37,815 bases of DNA, taken from the IMG/VR virus record IMGVR_UViG_3300006893_000015, positions 1 to 37,815 of that record; one strand, 5' to 3'. Within the stretch, counting starts at the first letter, position 1. Every line of letters starts with the position of its first letter. The stretch is from a virus. Lineage: Duplodnaviria > Caudoviricetes. Below the pieces are notes generated by a model. The model did not search any database and was not told the DNA's origin. It saw only the letters and a program-made list of their open reading frames with translations. The position numbers and the translations under genes are program-made. Below are positions 27,807-34,657 of the stretch, one piece after another.

Positions 27807-30071
27807 GTGGAGAAAAGATGTCTCATAGACCAGTGGCAAAAAGTTACAGATGGAGATATGCAAAATATCTCCTTGTTCCCCGAGCAGAGCCTCGACGACA
27901 TTGTTCACGACATCGGCATAACGGGCCAGGGGTTCTATGGATTTCCGGTCGTCACGACGGCACCTACCGTCGTGACGATTGGCAATGGCCGCTTCTATCA
28001 AAACGGTCTAGTCTATTTCAACGACACCAACGGCGGTTTTGCGATCGACCTTCTTTCGAGCCTTCCGCTTGTCACTGAGAAGATCGTTGCAATTGTCGTT
28101 TGGGGGACGTCGGTTCCGGCTAACACCCAGCCACGGACGTTCCTAACCGACCCGGTGTCGCGCGCGAGCGTGGCCCGCGCGAAGTCGACCGAGCAATGGC
28201 GCTGGGCAAACTTGTCCATCGTTAATGGGCTCGAAGGCCCCGACCCGATAAAGCCGGCCGTGGCGAGCAATGTGCTTGAGGTCGCATGGGTCACCCTTAA
28301 CCCGACCGGAATTCTTAGCATTGAAATGGCGACCGCGCATATGGTCCCGTCGATCACCTTGGCGGACACCCGGCTGAACGATTTCGATTTGTGGCGCGCT
28401 AGCGCCGGGTCAATCCTCGCGACTCTCCGCGCCGACCTTACCGGCCTCGCGAACAGGATAGGCAATCTCGCGAACCTAGATATCGTGCGCTCACTCGCCG
28501 CCCAAATTGCGAAGTTGAACGAGGAGGCGGACGTCCCTCTAGGACAGCAAGAGTCTTTTGCCTCGCTGTCAAACAGCTTCTTTGATTCTTCAAAGAGCGA
28601 CATCGGCAACGTCGACTATCTTGCGAAGATCGAGGAAGGAATGCGCTTCGCGGACGCGGCTGTCGCGGACGCTAATATCACTCTTCTCAACCCGCTTGAC
28701 CCGAACGCTATATCTTCCGGAAATTTCATTCTCCCTGCCTACACAAAGAACACCCGCATTTCGCAGCTTGGGTCAGACCTGGAACTTAATATTTCAAACT
28801 ACCCGCACCAAACGATAGCCTACACGCTCTTGAATTATTCGCGCTTCAGACTCCGTTCAGGGGACAGCTACATCATTGGCAACGAAGCGTTGTGGTTCAA
28901 TGAACATTACGACTATGGGCAGGTCTTCCCACGGTTCCCGGAAGTCTTTTCGCCTCTCCCCGCCGACGTAAAAGGAGAACCGCCTGGCCCGCTATTCGTT
29001 CGCACGCAGGGTTATTGGTACGACGAACTGGAGGGTGGTTATTGGGATGAGGTAGTCAGCACGGGGAGCCTCAACGGCTCGGTCGTCGCCGAGACTTTTC
29101 TAAATGCGCAGGCCGGATATCTGACCGACGTCGGCTTTATGGTCAGCCGCGCGGCCAACACCGGCGATATCAATGTTTTGATCTGCAAGCTCCGGCATGG
29201 TGGCGGCGCGCCGGACCTTACCCAAGTCATCGCAATGTCGACTGTCTTGGTTGCCGATATTCAGCCAACCCCGTTTCGGTCCGCAGCGCACTTTGCGCCG
29301 GTCCTTCTTGAGGCGGGTGAGCGGTATGCGATCGTCTTCATAACGTCCGGCAATCACTATCTATGGATGACAAAGAACAACAAATATACGGACGGAATTT
29401 GCTTTACCAGTACTGACGGCGCGTGGTTCGCTGGCGACTTGACCACCGACATCGCTTTCGATCTCAAGTTCGCGCAGTTCAACTCGCCTCGCGTTGAGAT
29501 CCTTCTGCAACCTCTTCAGCTCGGTGGCGGTATCGTCGGCATCGACCTCAATGCGGACGCCGCGGTCCCGGGCGGGACGCAGCTCTCCTTCCAGGTCCAG
29601 CAAGCCGGCGTCTGGAATACCCTTAGCAAAACTTTCACGGTTGTCGGACAGCCGGCGATTCTCCCATTCAAGGCCGTGTTCGTCGGCTCGTCTCAGCTTA
29701 TGCCGCTACTTGGTGTGAACACGAACTCAAACGCGAGGACAAACCGGTCGCGAGCCGACTTCACTTATATCGGGCTGGCCAGGACGGTTAGCGGTGCCAC
29801 CAACATCACAGTCAATATTCTTGCGGCCGCATGGCGCGATACCCATCATACCATCCTTGCTATACTCCTAACGGGAGTTGGGTTCGCCACGCCAATAACG
29901 GCGAGCACCGTGGTTGTAAAAGCTTCGTTGCAAGAAGGTGTTGCCTACCGCAAGTTCATTTATACCTTCACTATCTCGGCGGGCATTCCGTTCAAACTGA
30001 AAGTTACCGGAACTACCGACAACGTCGTCACGCCATACATCATCACCCGCATCATCGACGTCTGTATCTAA
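27807..30071 (+). CDS. Baseplate/tail fibre-associated protein (gpH position)
   Basis: AAGGAG RBS, GTG start; 754 aa between gpI-like gene and sheath; GSVVAETF...GERYAIV jelly-roll-like segment. Confidence 0.75.
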   Translation: MEKRCLIDQWQKVTDGDMQNISLFPEQSLDDIVHDIGITGQGFYGFPVVTTAPTVVTIGNGRFYQNGLVYFNDTNGGFAIDLLSSLPLVTEKIVAIVVWGTSVPANTQPRTFLTDPVSRASVARAKSTEQWRWANLSIVNGLEGPDPIKPAVASNVLEVAWVTLNPTGILSIEMATAHMVPSITLADTRLNDFDLWRASAGSILATLRADLTGLANRIGNLANLDIVRSLAAQIAKLNEEADVPLGQQESFASLSNSFFDSSKSDIGNVDYLAKIEEGMRFADAAVADANITLLNPLDPNAISSGNFILPAYTKNTRISQLGSDLELNISNYPHQTIAYTLLNYSRFRLRSGDSYIIGNEALWFNEHYDYGQVFPRFPEVFSPLPADVKGEPPGPLFVRTQGYWYDELEGGYWDEVVSTGSLNGSVVAETFLNAQAGYLTDVGFMVSRAANTGDINVLICKLRHGGGAPDLTQVIAMSTVLVADIQPTPFRSAAHFAPVLLEAGERYAIVFITSGNHYLWMTKNNKYTDGICFTSTDGAWFAGDLTTDIAFDLKFAQFNSPRVEILLQPLQLGGGIVGIDLNADAAVPGGTQLSFQVQQAGVWNTLSKTFTVVGQPAILPFKAVFVGSSQLMPLLGVNTNSNARTNRSRADFTYIGLARTVSGATNITVNILAAAWRDTHHTILAILLTGVGFATPITASTVVVKASLQEGVAYRKFIYTFTISAGIPFKLKVTGTTDNVVTPYIITRIIDVCI

Positions 30072-30082
30072 GGAGCGCACCA

Positions 30083-30280
30083 ATGGCAGAGCCAGCACCC
30101 TCGACCACCCTCGACCCAAACTCTTATTACGATGTCCAGCTCTCGAAGGTCGTTGTGGTCGGCGCGACACACCATTCCCCAGGGCATCGCGTCATCATCA
30201 AAGGCGACATGTGGCCCCTGTTCAAGGATGCGGTCACCTCAGCCGTGAAACTTCCGCCCGGCGCTGAAACCCGGCTCTAG
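30083..30280 (+). CDS. Small tail-associated protein
   Basis: AAGGAG RBS; 65 aa MAEPAPSTTLDPNSYYDVQL. Confidence 0.65.
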   Translation: MAEPAPSTTLDPNSYYDVQLSKVVVVGATHHSPGHRVIIKGDMWPLFKDAVTSAVKLPPGAETRL

Positions 30281-30309
30281 CCCCCACCGCAAATCAAAAC
30301 GACTAACGG

Positions 30310-30335
30310 GCCGCCCATTGGGCGGTTTTTTGTTG
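30310..30335 (+). terminator. Intrinsic terminator-like hairpin before sheath gene
   Basis: GCCGCCC-ATT-GGGCGG then TTTTTTGTTG. Confidence 0.7.
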
Positions 30336-30352
30336 TCCTAAGGAGAACGTAA

Positions 30353-31867
30353 ATGACCGATCCGATTTTTGGCGTCACAACCCCGCGCGTCGACAATGAA
30401 AGCTCGCCGGCGATCTATGCCGACCTAGATACGGTCGGGATCATCGGGCCAGCGCCGAACGCGGACGTGCTTGCCTTCCCGCTCAATACGCCGGTCAAAT
30501 TTAATTCGGACGACTACGTAACCATCGCGAAGCTCGGTGCTAGCGGGTTCATCACGGACGCAATTCGCGGCGTCAATGACCAGCTCGCCGACTTCGAACA
30601 TGCGGCGCAGGTGATCGTCGTGCGCACGGCGCTCGGCGTCGATAGCGATCCGGCTGTCGCTTTGCAGCACACGTTGGCGAATATCATGGGCTCGTCGGCG
30701 CTCGGCACCGGCATGAGCGCATTCCTTCAATGCGGTTCGCTGGTTCACGCGATCCCCCGGCTGATCATGGCGCCGGGCTATACCGGCCAGCTCGTGAACG
30801 GGCTTGATACCCTTCTTATGACGACGCCTGGCAGCGGCTATGTACCAGGGCAATCGTACCCGATCACCTTTGTCGGCGGCGGCCCAAATGCGGTCCAGGC
30901 GACGGCGCACGCCGTCGCCAACCCGGACGGGACCCTCGCGAATCCGATCATCGACAGCTTTGGCGCGTTCTATGCGACCGCTCCGACAGCGACCATCGCC
31001 GCGCCGGGCAGCGGGACGACCGCCCTTTACACGGCGACGATAGCCATCAATGCCGACCCTGTTTGCTCGGCAATGCCTGACGTGCTTTCACAATTGGTTG
31101 CGCATGCGGTTATCGAGTCCGCCGGAACAAGCCGCGCCAATGACGAGGCATGGCGGGGGACGCTGGACAGCGACCGGTTTATCCCGATGTCCGGCGGCGC
31201 CAAGGTGGTCGATCCAATAAGCGGGAACACGGTTGTTATGCCGTGTGCCTCGCGTGTTATCGGGTGCATGATCCGCCGAGATTTCCAGACCGGCGCGCCG
31301 TTCAACAGCGCGGCGAACCAGGCCGTCAACGGCATCGTCGGGCCCGCGCGCTCGATCGCCTTCAACATAACCGACGGCGCCAACGAAGGGCAGCAACTGC
31401 TCGCGGAAAACATTGGCATCATTGTGCGCGGCGAGCTTGGCAACGACTTCGCCCTTGCGCAGGGCGGCTATATCCTGGTCGCCACGGACAATGCCGGCGA
31501 GGACCCGCTTTGGATGTTCTACAATGTAACCCGCGGGCGTGACTTTATCAATCTGACGCTCATCCGCAACCTTCGTTACTACCTCGGCCGATTCAACATC
31601 ACGGCGCAAACGATTCAGGTCGTGACGAACTCGATGGTTCAGGTCCTCGCGTACCTCAAGTCGCGCGATAATCTGCTTGGGTACAAGGTCGCGTTTTCGG
31701 GGAATCTTAACTCAGCCGATGAGATCAGGAAGGGGAACATCACGATCAGCTTCCTTGCAGAAGAACCCACCGTTTTGCGGAAAATTACGGCTTCTGGTTC
31801 GCGCTACCGCCCGGCCGTCGACGCCCTGATCGCGCAACTGGCCGCGCAGCTGGTGGTTACTGCGTAG
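30353..31867 (+). CDS. Contractile tail sheath protein (P2 FI-like)
   Basis: VGIIGPAPNAD..FPLNTPV, IPRLIMAPGYT, FNSAANQ, WMFYNVTRGRD. Confidence 0.95.
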   Translation: MTDPIFGVTTPRVDNESSPAIYADLDTVGIIGPAPNADVLAFPLNTPVKFNSDDYVTIAKLGASGFITDAIRGVNDQLADFEHAAQVIVVRTALGVDSDPAVALQHTLANIMGSSALGTGMSAFLQCGSLVHAIPRLIMAPGYTGQLVNGLDTLLMTTPGSGYVPGQSYPITFVGGGPNAVQATAHAVANPDGTLANPIIDSFGAFYATAPTATIAAPGSGTTALYTATIAINADPVCSAMPDVLSQLVAHAVIESAGTSRANDEAWRGTLDSDRFIPMSGGAKVVDPISGNTVVMPCASRVIGCMIRRDFQTGAPFNSAANQAVNGIVGPARSIAFNITDGANEGQQLLAENIGIIVRGELGNDFALAQGGYILVATDNAGEDPLWMFYNVTRGRDFINLTLIRNLRYYLGRFNITAQTIQVVTNSMVQVLAYLKSRDNLLGYKVAFSGNLNSADEIRKGNITISFLAEEPTVLRKITASGSRYRPAVDALIAQLAAQLVVTA

Positions 31868-31871
31868 ACTT

Positions 31872-32516
31872 TTATTCGGCGGCGGCCCTGCGTATCTTGG
31901 CCGCCGCTCTTCCGCGCCTTACAGCATCTCCCCTCTTTGCTAGCCACGCCTTGTATTCAATGGCCGGCATCGATGTTTTCGCGTGTGCTACCAACGAATT
32001 TTTGCCCTTAGTACGTTGAGCATCAGCATATGCGGCACTCTTGCGCGCAGCTATAATCCCATCTCTATATTCACCATTGAGCCATCGTGCGGACTGTTTA
32101 TCAGCGCATTGTCTTCGCTCTGTTTTGTTTGGTTGCCATCCAAGATTTCCACGCGCAAGCTCTGAACGCGTCGCCATCTTTCCTAAATAGCCTTGGTCTT
32201 TCCAAAGGCCCTTCATGTGGCGGCTGTTCATTACAGAGAATTTACGCCGTAGCCAGCCATAAAGCTTGTTCTGCCTGCCTGGTCGGTTGCGGGACATTTG
32301 TTTAGCGGCCCACAGAAGGCTCCCGTTATCAGGGTGTATTTTCACCAACAGTTGGTGAGCGACGTAGTGTTCCTCCGGAGTTAGCCGAACGAGGTTGCAC
32401 ACTTCATTTGCTCCACCCAAGCACCGAGGCAAAACGTGGTGCCGCTCGGAATATCCGCACAATTCTCTAACTCGCGCGCGCTCGATCAGGCGGTCGTAGT
32501 GCCGTTGGTAATTCAT
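31872..32516 (-). CDS. HNH homing endonuclease (T4 Mob-like N-terminus), antisense
   Basis: MNYQRHYDRLIERAR...YSERHHVLPRCLGG....NLVRLTPEEHYVAHQLL. Confidence 0.9.
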   Translation of the reverse strand: MNYQRHYDRLIERARVRELCGYSERHHVLPRCLGGANEVCNLVRLTPEEHYVAHQLLVKIHPDNGSLLWAAKQMSRNRPGRQNKLYGWLRRKFSVMNSRHMKGLWKDQGYLGKMATRSELARGNLGWQPNKTERRQCADKQSARWLNGEYRDGIIAARKSAAYADAQRTKGKNSLVAHAKTSMPAIEYKAWLAKRGDAVRRGRAAAKIRRAAAE

Positions 32517-32522
32517 TCCACC

Positions 32523-32551
32523 ATCATAGGCCAATTGGCTGAAATAGGCAA
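32523..32551 (-). promoter_or_regulatory. Leaderless sigma70-type promoter containing operator-like motif, copy 2 (32526-32540)
   Basis: Minus strand TTGCCT-N17-TATGAT, 6 nt before ATG 32516; GCCAATTGGC in spacer. Confidence 0.75.
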
Positions 32552-32557
32552 CTACAG

Positions 32558-32584
32558 GCCGCCCCAACGGGCGGCTTTTTGTTG
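32558..32584 (+). terminator. Intrinsic terminator-like hairpin before tube gene
   Basis: GCCGCCC-CAAC-GGGCGGC then TTTTTGTTG. Confidence 0.7.
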
Positions 32585-32606
32585 CCCAAAATAGGAGAAT
32601 CCTACC

Positions 32607-33194
32607 ATGGCTCAGAACTCCCTATTGGTCCTCGAAGCCGCGAACATCTTCGTTGGCGACGACCCGACCGCGTCCAACCACCTTATCCTGAAAAACGTGA
32701 AGTTCCCGACCGTCGAGAAAGCCTATGTGGATTTCACGGCAGGCGGGGCGATGGTTGGCGTCGAGGTCGACACACACTTCAACAAGTTCGAGGTGACTTT
32801 CTCACTCGCCGGCTATACGCCGCAGGTCTTGTCGCAAGTCGGCATTTGGGCGCGTGCTTCCCAGCAATTCTCGCTCTATGGAATGCTGCGCGATAGGCTG
32901 ACCGGCGCAACCCAGCGCGTCGAGGCCTATGTGTTTGGCCAGCTATCAAAGGCGGCCCCTGATAACTTCGACCGCGGGACTCTCAATGCAATCGAGTATG
33001 CGATCAAGGGCGTCACCCATTACGAGCTTTTGATCGATAAGAACCAGATTTATTATTGGGATATGGGGACCAACGAGATGTTCGTCGGCGGCGTCGACAT
33101 CGAAGCTGACCAGAATGCGGCGCTCGGCGTGTCCGGAAGCTCTGGCGCGCAGCGAGAGATCACAAGCCCAGTAACCGGGCAGGTCGGACGTTAA
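32607..33194 (+). CDS. Tail tube protein (P2 FII-like)
   Basis: LEAANIF...VKFP...AGGAMVGVEVD...HYELLID..IYYWD; follows sheath. Confidence 0.92.
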   Translation: MAQNSLLVLEAANIFVGDDPTASNHLILKNVKFPTVEKAYVDFTAGGAMVGVEVDTHFNKFEVTFSLAGYTPQVLSQVGIWARASQQFSLYGMLRDRLTGATQRVEAYVFGQLSKAAPDNFDRGTLNAIEYAIKGVTHYELLIDKNQIYYWDMGTNEMFVGGVDIEADQNAALGVSGSSGAQREITSPVTGQVGR

Positions 33195-33197
33195 TAA

Positions 33198-33302
33198 ATG
33201 AATCAGCTTGATCCTTATATGCCGCTCCGTTTTGCCATATATTTCGGGGCGGCGTGGTATGCTGTGCCAACTGTCCTCGCGCTTTTTCATTTGTTCCGAT
33301 AA
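33198..33302 (+). CDS. 34-aa membrane peptide, possibly a truncated Imm-like superinfection exclusion protein
   Basis: MNQLDPYMPLRFAIYFGAAWYAVPTVLALFHLFR*; YxxPTxxA motif; no clear RBS. Confidence 0.35.
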   Translation: MNQLDPYMPLRFAIYFGAAWYAVPTVLALFHLFR

Positions 33303-33364
33303 GAGGCGCGGCACTTGACGCAGGACGCTAAAAGGCGCTGTACGCTTGACGTGGAGCGGAGCAC

Positions 33365-33760
33365 ATGATCGAGCGCAAGCGCAATGGCACGCGGCGTATT
33401 GAGCTTCTTGTTCCGTGCGATGTTGGCTGCGGCCGAATTATCGACGTGGTCGAGATAAAGGCATGCACGCTCGACCACGTCCTGCGATGGCAGGCCGGGC
33501 TGATCAACGACCCGCTTGCTTTACTTGCGGAGTTGTCAGGGCTCGGGGCCGACATCCTCGGGCAGCTGACTTACCCGGACGCCGATATTGTCATGCAGGA
33601 ATTCGCGCTGCATGTCCCGGCGGCGATCCGCGGATCGCTCGGGCAGACGGCAATCGTGCCCGCGCCGCCGGCCGAGGCGCCAGCGCAAGAGCCAGGACCG
33701 CCGCTTCCGCCTGAATTGGAAACGTCGGAAGTCGACAGCGAGATGTTTAAGGTGGCCTAA
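33365..33760 (+). CDS. Tail assembly chaperone (gpE/gp41-like)
   Basis: LLAELSGL..DILGQLTYPDADIV pattern; between tube and tape measure. Confidence 0.78.
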   Translation: MIERKRNGTRRIELLVPCDVGCGRIIDVVEIKACTLDHVLRWQAGLINDPLALLAELSGLGADILGQLTYPDADIVMQEFALHVPAAIRGSLGQTAIVPAPPAEAPAQEPGPPLPPELETSEVDSEMFKVA

Positions 33761-33778
33761 ATAAATATTTTTCATCTA

Positions 33779-33806
33779 TTGCGTTATAGGCCAATTGGCT
33801 TATATC
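33779..33806 (+). promoter_or_regulatory. Rightward promoter containing operator-like motif, copy 3 (33786-33800)
   Basis: AT-rich upstream tract, TTGCGT-N16-TATATC, 7 nt before ATG 33814. Confidence 0.65.
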
Positions 33807-33813
33807 ACATGGT

Positions 33814-34041
33814 ATGAAAATGAGACAAACTTTGATCCTTGTTGCGGTGATGGCTGCGGTTGCTGGGCCTGCGATGGCGGACTCGGCATGGGGGCGGCAT
33901 TTGGGCTGGTCTCACGACGGGGACCGCTTCACCGCAATGACGCACCTTATGGAGCGTTCCGGGCCTTGGGCTTGCGTGACTCAGGACGCATATGGAGACG
34001 AGCCAGCCTATCAAGATTGCGGGTTTGGGTTTGGAAAGTGA
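33814..34041 (+). CDS. Small secreted protein
   Basis: Signal peptide ending AMA-D; two Cys. Confidence 0.7.
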   Translation: MKMRQTLILVAVMAAVAGPAMADSAWGRHLGWSHDGDRFTAMTHLMERSGPWACVTQDAYGDEPAYQDCGFGFGK

Positions 34042-34657
34042 ACAAGCGCGCAACCATTACGTCTACGGCCTTTACCAAGGCGGCCATAACCTTCCTTGTT
34101 ACATCGGGCTTGGCAAAGGAGTGCGGGCGACTCTTTCGACGCGGCGCATGGCAAGACTAGGTGTTATTGCGGTTCATCGTAAGCTTCTTTGGAACATGAC
34201 CGTTTATGAAGCCAAGGACGTCGAGCGCGCTTTGATCGCACATTACGGTCGTCGCGATCTTGAAACTGGGTGTCTCTTAAACAAGACCAGTGGCGGCCAA
34301 GGGGTTCCTGATCTTTCCCCTGCGACGCGCGCGAAATTGTCAGCCGCGCAATTAGGCAAGAAGCACCTTCCAGAAACGCGCGCCAAAATATCCGCATCTA
34401 AGCGTGGCTCGAAGCATGCGCCGGAGGCGAAGGCGGTCAAGTCGGACGTAATGCGGCGCCGATGGGCAACGCCTTGCGCAAGGGAAAAGCAATCAGAAAG
34501 TGTCCGGCTAATAAGAAGAACACCGGAATCTCGCGCAAAAACCTCCAGGGCATCACAGTTACGTTTTGCGATTCCAGGTGAACGAGAGAAGGTTTCTGCA
34601 TCTATGCGCTCTATTTGGGCAGCGCGTAAAGCCGCAGGATGGACCGGATGGATTTAG
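34038..34657 (+). CDS. GIY-YIG-like/NUMOD3 homing endonuclease; start uncertain, possibly frameshifted
   Basis: HYVYGLY...CYIGLGKG...ERALIAHYGRRDLETGCLLN; GKKHLPETRAKIS; coupled GTG at 34038 is out of frame with the body. Confidence 0.8.

Noticed and set aside
6811-34657. Group I introns or inteins housing the endonucleases
   Set aside because: All endonuclease genes lie between complete genes; terL, portal, capsid and sheath are uninterrupted and I saw no intein motifs
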